64,000 bases of DNA from Dehalococcoidia bacterium (GCA_020634075.1 JACKCJ010000001.1:77016-141015); one strand, 5' to 3'; shown: positions 1-11,795, counted from the first letter of the stretch. A program made the numbers and translations. The notes: generated from the sequence alone by a model not told the origin.

Positions 1-1
1 C

Positions 2-223
2 CGCCGCGTCGAGGAGGCGATGCCGAACGTCGTCGCTGCGGAGATCCGCGACGAGCACGCGTACGGCGCCGGCCACACGCTCTGGTTCCGCCCGCTCGGC
101 GACGGGCCGGAGCTCGAGGTGGACCTCCCCTCGCGACCGTACGAGGTGCTTGATGTCGCGTCGCGGAAGCGCTGGACGCTGGAGCTCCCGCCCGAGGACC
201 TGCACGTCGTCGCGGCCGATTAG
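2..223 (+). CDS. hypothetical protein. Either the C-terminal fragment of a gene running off the window start, or a 67-aa ORF from the ATG at 20.
   Basis: The reading frame is open back to position 2. The ATG at 20 follows GAGGAGG with only a 2-nt spacer, which is too short for a good RBS, so continuation from upstream is likely. No recognisable domain. Confidence 0.25.
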   Translation, partial: RRVEEAMPNVVAAEIRDEHAYGAGHTLWFRPLGDGPELEVDLPSRPYEVLDVASRKRWTLELPPEDLHVVAAD

Positions 224-242
224 GCGCTGCGCGAGACCGCCC

Positions 243-1580
243 TCAGGCGGCCGCCTGCGGCGGCGTGAGCACCGGATCGCTCTCCGGCAGCGGCTCGGGA
301 GTCGCCCTCGGCGCGGGCCGGCGAGCGAGCGCGAAGAACACCGAACCGGCTGCCGCGAGGCCTGCGAGCACGTCGAACCCGAGGCGGTACGAGCCCGTCT
401 GGTCGTAGATGTATCCGGCGATCAGCGGCCCGAAGATCGCACCGAGGATCACGACCATGTTCGAGATGCCCATGATCGCGCCGAATGAGGTCCGCCCGAA
501 GTAGTCGGCTCGGAGCGCCGCCATCTGCGGCCCGCGCATGCCCCAGGCGCTCCCGTGGATCACGACGAAGGCGGCGATCATCAGCGCATGCGTCGCGTGC
601 GCGAGGAGGATCATGCCGACCGCGTGCATCCCCATGCAGCAGAACGCCATGAAGCGTTTGCTGGAGTGGTCGCCGATCCAGCCGCCGGCCAGCGTGCCGA
701 ACATGAAGACGAGCGTCAGCGCCGAGTACACGCCGGCCGCGGCGCCGAGCGAGTAGCCGAGCGACTCGTTCAGGTGCGACACCATGTGGACGTTCACCGC
801 ACCGACGACGAACAGCGCCGCCCCGTGCCCCAGCGACAGCCACCAGAACGACGGCTCCCGCAGCGCCTCGCGCAGGGTGAAGTCGGCGCCGCGCGCGGAG
901 CGGACGGTGCGCGCCATCGCGGCCGCCTCGGGCGAATCGCCGTCGGGCTCCAGGCCCAGTTCCGCGGGGCTCCGGACGAGGAGCGACGTGATGGGCAGGC
1001 CGACGACCAGCACGAGGATGCCCGAGACCATGGCCGTGCTGCGCCAGCCGATGCCCTCGAGCGAAAGGACGGTGAGCGGGACGATCACGCCACCGAGGGC
1101 GCCACCGACGCTGGTGAGGCTCAGCGCCGTCGAGCGCCGTCGCTCGAACCACTGCACGACGGCCGTGGTGATCGTGAGGTAGCCCATGAGGCTCGCGCCG
1201 ACGGCCATCACGAGGAACGCGCCGTAGAACGTCCAGGGCGAGTTGATCCGGCTGAAGAGGAAGAACCCCAGCGCGAGGATCACGACGCCGATGCGCGCCA
1301 CGCGGCGGGGGCCGAACCGGTCGACCAGCCAGCCCTGCGCGGGGCCGACGATGCCGCCCTCGGCCTCCCGGAGCGCCGAGGCCCCCGAGAGCACCGTGCG
1401 ACTCCATCCGAAGTCGTTGCTGAGCACGACCACGTAGGAGCCATATGCCTGGCCCAGGAGCGAGCCCTGCAGCAGTTGCAGGACGGCCCCGGTCAGCACG
1501 ATCCACCACCCGTGGAACAGCCGACGACCCGGCACGGTGCACCCCTCGTGGGCCCACTTGGCTGCGAATCGCGGAATCAT
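243..1580 (-). CDS. MFS transporter
   Basis: 445-aa ORF with about 12 hydrophobic segments and MFS-like loops (GPAQGWLVDRFGPRR). The overlapping ORF 220..1557 in another frame is Arg/Gly-rich junk. The start codon is uncertain. Confidence 0.75.
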   Translation of the reverse strand: MIPRFAAKWAHEGCTVPGRRLFHGWWIVLTGAVLQLLQGSLLGQAYGSYVVVLSNDFGWSRTVLSGASALREAEGGIVGPAQGWLVDRFGPRRVARIGVVILALGFFLFSRINSPWTFYGAFLVMAVGASLMGYLTITTAVVQWFERRRSTALSLTSVGGALGGVIVPLTVLSLEGIGWRSTAMVSGILVLVVGLPITSLLVRSPAELGLEPDGDSPEAAAMARTVRSARGADFTLREALREPSFWWLSLGHGAALFVVGAVNVHMVSHLNESLGYSLGAAAGVYSALTLVFMFGTLAGGWIGDHSSKRFMAFCCMGMHAVGMILLAHATHALMIAAFVVIHGSAWGMRGPQMAALRADYFGRTSFGAIMGISNMVVILGAIFGPLIAGYIYDQTGSYRLGFDVLAGLAAAGSVFFALARRPAPRATPEPLPESDPVLTPPQAAA

Positions 1581-1690
1581 ACCCGTGTTGAGCGCCGTAT
1601 CACAGCGTTCACGAGACGGTAGATGGGTACAAGTTCGTACAAGGGCGTTCGGCCCTAGGTCACAGGCCTCAACGACCGTAATATCCGCCG

Positions 1691-2965
1691 ATGCTGAGCC
1701 GTCCCTTCCTCATCATTGCGCTGTCGATGTTCACCGCGACGATGGGCCTCGGGATGGTCCTCCCGCTGCTCCCGGTCTACGCGAAGAGCTTCGGCGCGAG
1801 TGGCGCCACCATCGGCCTGACGGTGTCCGCATTCGCGATCCCGCAGCTGATGGTGAGCCCGTTCATCGGCCGGCTCGCCGATCGCTTCGGACGCAAGCCG
1901 TTCTTGCTGCTCGGTGCGGCCGCCTACTGCGCGTCGGCGATCGGCTGGTGGGCGGCGGACACGCTGGCGATGCTGATCGCGTTCCGCGCACTCTCCGGCC
2001 TCGGGTCGGCGCTGATCTTCTCGAACGCTCAGGCGTACGTGGGCGACCTCGCCCCGCCGGGCGCCGAGGGCCGCTACATGGGCGCCTTCGGCGTCGCCGA
2101 CTTCCTCGGCTTCGGGCTCGGACCACTCTTCGCCGGGCTGATCCGGGACCACGCCGGCCTCGGGCAGGTGTTCCTGTCGATGGCGGCCCTCTACGCGGTG
2201 GTGTTCGTGCTGATCGGACTGCTGCTGCCGAGCCGGCCCGTGCGACTCCACCTCGGCTCGCCGCAGATCACCGCGCCGTGGGGACGGATCTTCCGCCACC
2301 CGACGATGCAGGCCCTGATGTTCCTGCGCGTCTGCTTCGCGCTGGCCACGGGAATCTCGATGGCGTTCCTGGCCGTGCACCTCGAGCAGTCCGTCGCCGC
2401 CACGGCGACGATGGTCGGGCTCGTCTTCGCCGCGCAGCAGATCGTCGGAGGACTCTCCCAGCCCCTGCTCGGACGTCTCGCCGACCGCTTCCCGCGCTCA
2501 TGGCTCGTGTTCGTAGGGACCGCCGTCATGGCGGCCGGCATGTCCACCGTCACGTGGACCGACTCCTACCCCGTCATCCTCGGCGGCATGATGCTGGGTC
2601 CCGGCCTCGGCGCGGCGCTGGCGAACGTCTCCGCGCAGGCCCTCCAGGTCGACACCGGCCGCGACCTTGGCATGGCGACCGTCGCGAGCCTTGGCTCGAC
2701 CTCGTTCGCGGCCGGGTTCCTCCTCGGCGCCATCGGGGGTGGTCGGCTCGTGGACGCGACGAGCGTGCCGACGGCGTTCGGCCTCGGCGCGGTCGTGATC
2801 GTGGTCGGCGGATCGATCTTCCTCGTGCGCGTGCGCGGGCTCCAGGCGCGCGCCGTCGCGGCGGCAGCGGCCGCCGCTGCGGCCGCCAGCGCGGCGGCGA
2901 GCGCCGTGCTGCCCTCCGGCGACGACGAGACCGGCGAGGTCATCGAGACGCCGGTCGCGCCCTAG
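1691..2965 (+). CDS. MFS transporter (multidrug-efflux-like)
   Basis: 424 aa, 12 predicted TM segments, with the MFS signature GRLADRFGRKP after TM2. Divergent from the previous MFS gene, with a 110-bp shared promoter region. Confidence 0.8.
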   Translation: MLSRPFLIIALSMFTATMGLGMVLPLLPVYAKSFGASGATIGLTVSAFAIPQLMVSPFIGRLADRFGRKPFLLLGAAAYCASAIGWWAADTLAMLIAFRALSGLGSALIFSNAQAYVGDLAPPGAEGRYMGAFGVADFLGFGLGPLFAGLIRDHAGLGQVFLSMAALYAVVFVLIGLLLPSRPVRLHLGSPQITAPWGRIFRHPTMQALMFLRVCFALATGISMAFLAVHLEQSVAATATMVGLVFAAQQIVGGLSQPLLGRLADRFPRSWLVFVGTAVMAAGMSTVTWTDSYPVILGGMMLGPGLGAALANVSAQALQVDTGRDLGMATVASLGSTSFAAGFLLGAIGGGRLVDATSVPTAFGLGAVVIVVGGSIFLVRVRGLQARAVAAAAAAAAAASAAASAVLPSGDDETGEVIETPVAP

Positions 2966-3177
2966 CCACGCGCCCTTCGCTGCGCCCCTCGCATGCGTGA
3001 GCCCGGTGCCTCACGGCCCTCGGTAGTCGATAGGTTCTGCTGCTCCTGAGCCGGTGGGGTTACGGCCCTGCAAGGTGCGCGGATTTAGCGTCGCGAGAGC
3101 GGTGACTCTGCGCGATCGCGTCGCGGCTCTCGCGGCCATGCGCTCCGAATGACCACCGACACGCGAGGGAGACGTCC

Positions 3178-4542
3178 ATGAGCGACGACCGGAACCTGCT
3201 GCCCCACATCCCCGTCGGGCCGAACTCGTTGCTGTCGCGGCGCCGGCTATTGCAGGCCGGCGGCGCGGTCGCCGGGGGTCTGGCGTTGAGTCGCATCACC
3301 CGGGCAGGCGCCCAGCAGCCACCGCCGGCGCCCAACGAACTCGTCCCGCCGCCCGATCCACCCTGGAGCGCACAGGGCCAACCGTTCACCACGCAGGGCA
3401 TCCGCTCCCCGTACGTGGAGATCCAGCGGGCGTACTCGGGTGGCGATAGCCCCAACGTCACCCGCCAGACAGCCGGTTCAAACTTCGCGCCGCTGCAGGA
3501 CCTCGACGGCATCATCACGCCGTCGGATCTGCACTTCCAGCGGAACCACTCAGGCACGACGATCATCGATCCCGCTGAGCACCAGGTGCTGGTCCACGGG
3601 ATGGTGGACCGCCCGAAGGTCTACTCGATGGACGACATCAAGCGGTTTCCCAGGCGCACGGAGATCCACTTCCTCGAGTGCTCCGGAAACAGCGGTGCCG
3701 GGTACTCCGGACCGAGCCCGGACACGACCGCCCAGCTGATGCACGGACTCACGAGCACTAGCGAGTGGGGCGGCGTGCCGATGACCACGATCATGCAGGA
3801 CGTCGGCGTGCAGGAAGGCGCCGAATGGGCGCTGTTCGAAGGCGCCGACGCCTCGCGGATGGACCGCAGCGTCCCTCGCAGCAAGCTCGAGGATGACGCG
3901 ATGCTTGTCTACATCCAGAACGGCGAGCCGATCCGTCCCGAGCAGGGCTTCCCGCTCCGCCTGCTCCTCCCCGGCTGGGAGGGGAACACGCAGATCAAGT
4001 GGCTGCGACGGATCGAGTTCGGCAGTGGTCCCTTCTACACGAAGGAGGAGACGCGCCACTACACGGACGCGCTACCCGATGGCCAGTCCCGCCAGTTCAC
4101 CTACGAGATGGAGGTGAAGTCACTCATCACGTGGCCCTCCGCCGGACACCAGGTGCCCGCGCCGGGGTTCTGGGAGATCAACGGCATCGCGTGGAGCGGC
4201 TTCGGGACCATCACCGGGGTCGAAGTCAGCGTGGACGGCGGCAACTCGTGGGGGCCGGCCGAACTCATGCAGCCGGTGCTCCCCAAGGCGCACGTCCGCT
4301 TCCGGTTCCCTTGGGTCTGGGACGGCACGCCCCGCGTCATCATGAGCCGCGCGACGGACGACACCGGGTACACGCAGCCTGCGCGCCAGCGCCTGCTGGA
4401 CATCCGCGGCACCCAGTACATCTACCACTTCGACGCGATCCAACCGTGGCTCGTCGACGCTGACGGCGCCGTGACGAACGCCATGGGACAGAGCGCGAGT
4501 GACCTCCCCTCCGACACGCAGATCTCCGAGGAGTACCTCTAA
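3178..4542 (+). CDS. sulfite dehydrogenase / sulfite-oxidase-family molybdopterin subunit (SorA-like), TAT-exported
   Basis: N-terminal twin-arginine signal (SRRRLLQAGGAVAG). Molybdenum-ligand motif of the sulfite oxidase family (HFLECSGNSG). C-terminal SO dimerisation domain. RBS GAGGGAG upstream. Confidence 0.8.
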   Translation: MSDDRNLLPHIPVGPNSLLSRRRLLQAGGAVAGGLALSRITRAGAQQPPPAPNELVPPPDPPWSAQGQPFTTQGIRSPYVEIQRAYSGGDSPNVTRQTAGSNFAPLQDLDGIITPSDLHFQRNHSGTTIIDPAEHQVLVHGMVDRPKVYSMDDIKRFPRRTEIHFLECSGNSGAGYSGPSPDTTAQLMHGLTSTSEWGGVPMTTIMQDVGVQEGAEWALFEGADASRMDRSVPRSKLEDDAMLVYIQNGEPIRPEQGFPLRLLLPGWEGNTQIKWLRRIEFGSGPFYTKEETRHYTDALPDGQSRQFTYEMEVKSLITWPSAGHQVPAPGFWEINGIAWSGFGTITGVEVSVDGGNSWGPAELMQPVLPKAHVRFRFPWVWDGTPRVIMSRATDDTGYTQPARQRLLDIRGTQYIYHFDAIQPWLVDADGAVTNAMGQSASDLPSDTQISEEYL

Positions 4543-5369
4543 TGACCGACGTCCACACTCCTCACCGCCCCGCCCCGCCGAACGCCCTCCTCGGGCGCTG
4601 GCTCTTGGTCGTTGCAGCATTCAGCCTGCTTCTGCTCGCGGCCTGCAGCGGCGACGAGGACAACGGCACCGCCACCTCGACCGCCACCGAGGTCGGAGCG
4701 ACCGAGACCGCCACGGGCACGGCAACCGGCACCGCGACGGGCACGGCGACGGCCACCGGAACCGCCGCACCGGCGGGACAGTACAGCCTCGCACCCGGCG
4801 GATCGCCAACGCCGGCGGCGACCGAAGCCGCCGCCGGTGGTGACGCACAGCAGATGTCGCTGCAGGCGAACATCGGCTCCGAGGCGCCGCAGGACCTCGT
4901 CGACGAATGGAACATCGACATCGACCCGGATGGGACGGGCCTCTGGGACGCCCAGGGTTCGGTGTCTGCCGGCGCGGACGTTTTCCAGGCGAACTGTGCG
5001 CGCTGTCACGGACCGGACGGCGCGGGTACCGACCTGGCACCGCAACTCGTCCTGGGCCCGGACATGGAGCCGGGGCCCTGGCAGTTCGGCGCCCCAAGGA
5101 CGGTCGCGAACTACTGGCCGTACCTGACGACATACATCGACTACATCCACCGCGCGATGCCGTTCGACAACCCGGGGTCGCTCTCCGAGGAGGACGTCTA
5201 CTCGGTGGTCGCGTGGATCCTGAACCAGAACGGAATGATCGACGACAACGCGACCCTCGACCCGGACAGCATCATGCAGATGAACGAGCTGCCGAACTAC
5301 CCGAGCTTCTTCCCGTGCTATCCGGATGAGTGTCGGCCGGAACCGGCGCTGCGGGGCAATGACCAGTGA
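4542..5369 (+). CDS. monoheme cytochrome c lipoprotein (SorB-like electron acceptor)
   Basis: Start overlaps the sorA stop (ATGA). Lipobox LLAACSG. Single CxxCH motif (CARCHG). Low-complexity (TATG)n linker after the lipobox. Confidence 0.7.
   Translation: MTDVHTPHRPAPPNALLGRWLLVVAAFSLLLLAACSGDEDNGTATSTATEVGATETATGTATGTATGTATATGTAAPAGQYSLAPGGSPTPAATEAAAGGDAQQMSLQANIGSEAPQDLVDEWNIDIDPDGTGLWDAQGSVSAGADVFQANCARCHGPDGAGTDLAPQLVLGPDMEPGPWQFGAPRTVANYWPYLTTYIDYIHRAMPFDNPGSLSEEDVYSVVAWILNQNGMIDDNATLDPDSIMQMNELPNYPSFFPCYPDECRPEPALRGNDQ
4708..4768 (+). repeat. imperfect 9-12 bp in-frame tandem repeat (ACG GGC ACG GCG ACC ...) encoding a (T-A-T-G)n linker
   Basis: Direct reading of the sequence: gccacgggcacggcaaccggcaccgcgacgggcacggcgacggccaccggaacc. 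Confidence 0.6.
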
Positions 5370-5854
5370 CAAGCGCCATACCGGTCGCCCGGCCTCTCGT
5401 CGCGGCGACCCGCACGGGGAGAGTGGTCGCCGTGTGCAGCCGGGAGGGGCGCTCGTCGCGGATGGCGAAGCCTGAGGTGCCGGCCATCGAAGTCGATCCT
5501 GACGTGGGCGTCGTCGGCGACGTCCATGCCGGGCCGGGCAAACGGCAGGTCGCCCTTATCAGCCACGATGCGCTCGAGCGTCTGCGCGCGGCGGTCGGCC
5601 CAATCGACTGTGGCGCGATGGGCGAGAACCTGGTGCTCACCGGCGTGAGTACGGAGTCGCTCCGACCGGACACACGGATCGCCTTCGCGGGCGGCGCCGT
5701 CCTCGAGGTGACCCAGCCGCGCACGCCATGCGTCGAGCTCGACGCGATCGCTCCGGGCCTGCTCCGAGCCGCCGTCGGGCGCTGCGGGGTGTTCGCGCGC
5801 GTCCTCACCGGCGGGCGGCTCGAGGCCGGGGCCGCCTTCGAGGTCCTCGGCTAG
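5366..5854 (+). CDS. MOSC domain-containing protein
   Basis: GTG start overlapping the cytochrome c stop (GTGA). Contains the MOSC core with its conserved Cys (VTQPRTPC) and the HAGPGKRQV...GENL motifs. Confidence 0.7.
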   Translation: MTSAIPVARPLVAATRTGRVVAVCSREGRSSRMAKPEVPAIEVDPDVGVVGDVHAGPGKRQVALISHDALERLRAAVGPIDCGAMGENLVLTGVSTESLRPDTRIAFAGGAVLEVTQPRTPCVELDAIAPGLLRAAVGRCGVFARVLTGGRLEAGAAFEVLG

Positions 5855-5943
5855 CGCTCGCAGGCGGAGGCGCGTGCAACGTTCGTAATCGCGGACTACT
5901 CTCCGCGCGCGCACTGGGCGCGCACAGGGACGAGGACGTCGCG

Positions 5944-6945
5944 ATGCGGAAGATCGGGATCGGGCTCAACTGGCAGGGCGCGTTCAACATGCAGGACGCG
6001 ATCGAGCAGGCGAAGGTCGCCGATGACTCGGGCGTCGATCACCTGATGGTGGCCGAGGCCTGGGGACGTGACGCGTTCACGACCATGGCCATCCTCGGCT
6101 ACGAGACGCACAACATCCGCATCGGCACCGCGATCATCAACGTGTTCTCACGGACGCCCGCGGCGCTGGCGCAGCACTTCACCTCGCTGGACGCGCTGAC
6201 CGACGGGCGCATGATCATCGGGATCGGCTCGTCCGGCCCTCAGGTGATCGAGCACTTCCACGGCATGCCCTTCGACAAGCCGATGCGCCGCATCCGCGAG
6301 TACACCGAGATCATCAACATGCTCGTCGCCGGCGAGCCGCTGAACTACCACGGCAAGATCTTCAACCTCGAACGCGGCTTCACCCTCCGCCACCTCGACG
6401 AACTGCCGCGCCGCCACATCCCGATCTTCATCGGCGCCTTCTCCGAGAAGTCGGTGCGCCAGACGGCGGAGATCGCCGACGGCTGGTTGCCCGGCCACAC
6501 GACGCGGGACAAGTGGAAGGACGAGGTCGCGACGTTCCACCAGTACGCCCGCGAGGCCGGGCGCGACCCGCTCTCCATCGAGATCAAGGCCTCCGGGGGC
6601 GTCACCATCACCGACGACCCCGAGAAGGCGTACGAGGGCGTCCGGATGCAGAACGCCTTCTACATGGCCCGCATGGGTGACCTGCACTACAACGCCTACC
6701 GCGCCTTCGGCCTCGGCGAGGTGGCGGACGAAGTCCGTCGGGCGTGGCGCGAGTCAGGCTCCGAGGCCGCCTACCGTGCCGTGCCGGACGACGTGGTCCA
6801 CTCGCTCGGCTACGCCGGGCCGGTCGAGGGCGCCATCGACTGGATGGAAGAACAGCGCGACGCGGGGTACACGCTCCACGGCGTCTCGGTGGACGAGCGT
6901 GACCCGAAGAAGCGCGCCGCGATCTTCAAGCAGCTCGTCGGCTAG
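5944..6945 (+). CDS. LLM-class (luciferase-like) F420-dependent oxidoreductase
   Basis: TIM-barrel luciferase-like motifs (DSGVDHLMVAEAWGRDAFT, RMIIGIGSSGP, IFIGAFSEKS). Internal ATG at 5944 chosen because the upstream part of ORF 5728.. overlaps the MOSC gene. Confidence 0.7.
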   Translation: MRKIGIGLNWQGAFNMQDAIEQAKVADDSGVDHLMVAEAWGRDAFTTMAILGYETHNIRIGTAIINVFSRTPAALAQHFTSLDALTDGRMIIGIGSSGPQVIEHFHGMPFDKPMRRIREYTEIINMLVAGEPLNYHGKIFNLERGFTLRHLDELPRRHIPIFIGAFSEKSVRQTAEIADGWLPGHTTRDKWKDEVATFHQYAREAGRDPLSIEIKASGGVTITDDPEKAYEGVRMQNAFYMARMGDLHYNAYRAFGLGEVADEVRRAWRESGSEAAYRAVPDDVVHSLGYAGPVEGAIDWMEEQRDAGYTLHGVSVDERDPKKRAAIFKQLVG

Positions 6946-6966
6946 ACGGACAGCCGGGCAGTTTCG

Positions 6967-8217
6967 CTAGCCGTAGCGGTCGCCGACCGCGCCCTGCGCG
7001 TAGAGGTCCTCGATCTCGGCCTCGGAGAACCCGAGGTCGGCGAGGACCTCGCGGTTGCACTCGCCGACCAGCCCGCTCGGGCGGTCCCACGACGGCTCGT
7101 CCGGCTCGACCTCCCACAGGAACCCCGGGAACACCTGCGTCCCCACGTACGGGTGGTCGACGTACTGCAGCCAGTTCCGGGCCTGGAGCTGGGGGTTGGA
7201 GAGCAGTGACCACGGCGCGACCGCGGGTGCGGCGATGGCGCCCGCGCTGCTGAGGCGATCCGCGATCTCCTCGGCGGTGCCGCTCGCGACGAACTCCGCC
7301 AGCGCCCCATCGATCTCGTCGCGATGGGCGAGGCGACCGGTGATGGTCGCCCAGGGGTGTCCTCGTTTCGCCCACTCCGGATGCCCGACGGCGCCGGCGA
7401 GGGCATTCCACTGCGCGTCATCCTCGGCCGCGACGAACACCCACGAGTCTTCACCCGCTTCGCCTGCGGCGGCGCGGTAGCAGCGATGCGGCACGATCAG
7501 CGGATCGGTGTTCCCCACGCGCTCCTGGCGCCGGTGGTTCACCGCCCAGTCCGCGACCAGCGCCGGGAGGTGCCAGTTGAGCACCTCGATCTGCGAGATG
7601 TCGACGAAGGTCCCGGTCCCCGTGCGCTCGCGCTGCTGCAGGGCGGTCACCGCCGCGAACACGATCGCGAGCGCCCCGGTCGCGTCCGAGTGGTAGATCG
7701 GCTGCGTGTCCTCCACGGGACGATCCGGGTAGCCGCGGACGATGGTGTGTCCCGCGGCGGCATCGAGCCCCGAGCCGAGCGTGACGTAGCCCTGGTACGG
7801 CCCCTTCGCGCCCCATCCCGGCAACGAGAGGTAGATCAGGTTCGGGTTCAGCTCGTGCGCGACTTCCCAGCCGAAGCCGAGTCCTTCGACCGTTCCCGCG
7901 GAGTAGCCCTCGAAGAACACGTCCGCCTCGCGGAGCAGTCGGCGCATCGCCTCGATGCCCCCCTCGGAGCGGAGGTTGAGGGCAATGTTGCGCTTGTTGC
8001 GGTTCGAGATGTGGTGGATCGGGCTGCGCTCGAACGCGGGGCCCTCTCCGGGCCACGGCTGCACGGTCGCCAGCGGACGGGTCATCGAGTTGCGCGGGAA
8101 GGACTCCACCTTGATCACGTCGGCGCCGAGGTCGCCCAAGAGCGATCCCGCCATCGGACCCGCCCAGACCTCGCACAGCTCGACGACACGGAGTCCCTTG
8201 AGCAGCGTCGATGTCAT
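6967..8217 (-). CDS. CoA-transferase family III (CaiB/BaiF) protein
   Basis: N-terminal [31 protein letters not shown] signature of family III CoA-transferases. Confidence 0.8.
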   Translation of the reverse strand: MTSTLLKGLRVVELCEVWAGPMAGSLLGDLGADVIKVESFPRNSMTRPLATVQPWPGEGPAFERSPIHHISNRNKRNIALNLRSEGGIEAMRRLLREADVFFEGYSAGTVEGLGFGWEVAHELNPNLIYLSLPGWGAKGPYQGYVTLGSGLDAAAGHTIVRGYPDRPVEDTQPIYHSDATGALAIVFAAVTALQQRERTGTGTFVDISQIEVLNWHLPALVADWAVNHRRQERVGNTDPLIVPHRCYRAAAGEAGEDSWVFVAAEDDAQWNALAGAVGHPEWAKRGHPWATITGRLAHRDEIDGALAEFVASGTAEEIADRLSSAGAIAAPAVAPWSLLSNPQLQARNWLQYVDHPYVGTQVFPGFLWEVEPDEPSWDRPSGLVGECNREVLADLGFSEAEIEDLYAQGAVGDRYG

Positions 8218-8221
8218 GCGC

Positions 8222-9448
8222 CTATCCCGTCACCGCTGCGCGAAAGAGCGCGAGGCGTTCGGTGGTCGAGTAGCCGAGGTCGCGGAGGACCTCGTCCGTG
8301 TGTTCGCCGATCCGCGGAGCGGGGCCGTGATCCCAGCCGCCATCGAGGTGGAACGGTGGGCCGGCCAGCAGCGTCGTCCCCCCCGTCGGGAGGGCGTGCT
8401 CCACGAACGAGCCGCGGGCGACCGCCTGCCGGTCTGTGACGACCTCGGAGACATCGAGGACGGGCGCGACCATGACGCCGTACTGCTGGAGATACGTGAA
8501 CACCTCGTCGCGCGTCCGCTCGCGGAGCCACGGGTCGAGGATGGCGAAGAACTCGTCGAAGTGAAGTGCCTTCTCGGCCGGCGTGAGGAACCGCTCGTCG
8601 GTGATGAGCTCCGGGTGTCCAATCGCCTCGCAGAGCCGGTTGAAGAACGGCGGATTGGCGGAGGCGAACACCACGTACCCGTCACTGCACCGGTAACAGC
8701 CGGCCGGATACGCCGCCTTCGACTGCCCGCCGGCGCGCGGCATCTCCGCTCCCTGGAACTCCCACACCACGAACCAGGTGTCGACACTCCCGGTCATCGC
8801 CTCGACGCCGGAGACCTCGACCTCGCGCGGTTCGCCGCCGTGCTCCGAAGACCACAGGCACGCGTTCGCGACGGCAGCCGCCGTCGCGGCCCACTGCATC
8901 TCTGGGACGTAGGGGGCATAGCGCAGCGGCTCCTCGTCGGGGAGCGAGTGCTGACGCATGCGGCCGGTCCACGCGAGGAGCGACGTCCCGTTCTCGGTGC
9001 GCTCGGCGAACGGACCGTCCAGGCCATGCTCCGTGAGGACGACGACGTGCGGCCGGTGCTCCAGCAACCGCAGGCCCTCGCGCAGCTCGACGGCGACGGA
9101 CGTCGCGGTGTGCAGCAGCACGAGGTCGGCGTGTTCGCAGAGGCGGTCGAACACCTCGAGCCCTGACGGACTCGCGAGGTCGAGCGTCAGCGAACGCTTG
9201 CCCGTGTCGAGCGCGACGTGGAAGGCGCCAACCTCGAGGTCAGGGACGTCCCCGGGGAACGGTCCGATGCGACGCATCGGTGCACCGCCGGGTGCCTCGA
9301 CCTTCACGACGTCTGCCCCGTAGTCCGAGAACAACTTGGCGGCAGCCGCGACCGGAATCGATCCGCCGACCTCCACGATGAGGCGGCCGGCGAGCGGTCG
9401 GGTGGAGGCGTTCGTCGTCATTGCGAGTGTTATAGCACTGGGCCGCAA
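8222..9448 (-). CDS. CoA-transferase family III (CaiB/BaiF) protein, paralog
   Basis: LIVEVGGSIPVAAAAKLFSDYGADVVKVE motif. Separated by 5 bp from the first CoA-transferase, so it could be a heteromeric partner. The start could be the internal ATG at 9421. Confidence 0.8.
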   Translation of the reverse strand: MRPSAITLAMTTNASTRPLAGRLIVEVGGSIPVAAAAKLFSDYGADVVKVEAPGGAPMRRIGPFPGDVPDLEVGAFHVALDTGKRSLTLDLASPSGLEVFDRLCEHADLVLLHTATSVAVELREGLRLLEHRPHVVVLTEHGLDGPFAERTENGTSLLAWTGRMRQHSLPDEEPLRYAPYVPEMQWAATAAAVANACLWSSEHGGEPREVEVSGVEAMTGSVDTWFVVWEFQGAEMPRAGGQSKAAYPAGCYRCSDGYVVFASANPPFFNRLCEAIGHPELITDERFLTPAEKALHFDEFFAILDPWLRERTRDEVFTYLQQYGVMVAPVLDVSEVVTDRQAVARGSFVEHALPTGGTTLLAGPPFHLDGGWDHGPAPRIGEHTDEVLRDLGYSTTERLALFRAAVTG

Positions 9449-9659
9449 TCACGCTGTGCATATCCCGCGCGTTCCGGGCACGGTCAGCGGCCGCTGCGCT
9501 GCGTTGCAGGCTCGCAACACTCCTGCCCGCCCTCGACACCCGAGCGTCACGTGCTCCTCCGTACGTTCTGTGAGCGTCGGTGACAGACAGGGGCCACGAA
9601 TGACGTCCGCGCCATGCGACATCGGCTACATCGCGCCCCGCGCCCGAGGCCGGGCGTAG

Positions 9660-11791
<2,132 letters not shown>

Positions 11792-11795
<4 letters not shown>

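Noticed and set aside
220-1557. 445-aa minus-strand ORF overlapping the MFS gene in another frame
   Set aside because: The translation is a poly-Arg/Gly/Pro junk sequence. The 243..1580 frame gives a typical 12-TM MFS protein.
3465-3485. GGTTCAAAC motif resembling a tRNA T-loop
   Set aside because: It is inside the sorA coding frame, lacks the ATCC continuation, and has no acceptor-stem complementarity.
5728-5943. N-terminal 72 codons of the long ORF 5728..6945
   Set aside because: It overlaps the MOSC gene in another frame and is Arg-rich. The luciferase-like domain begins at the ATG at 5944.
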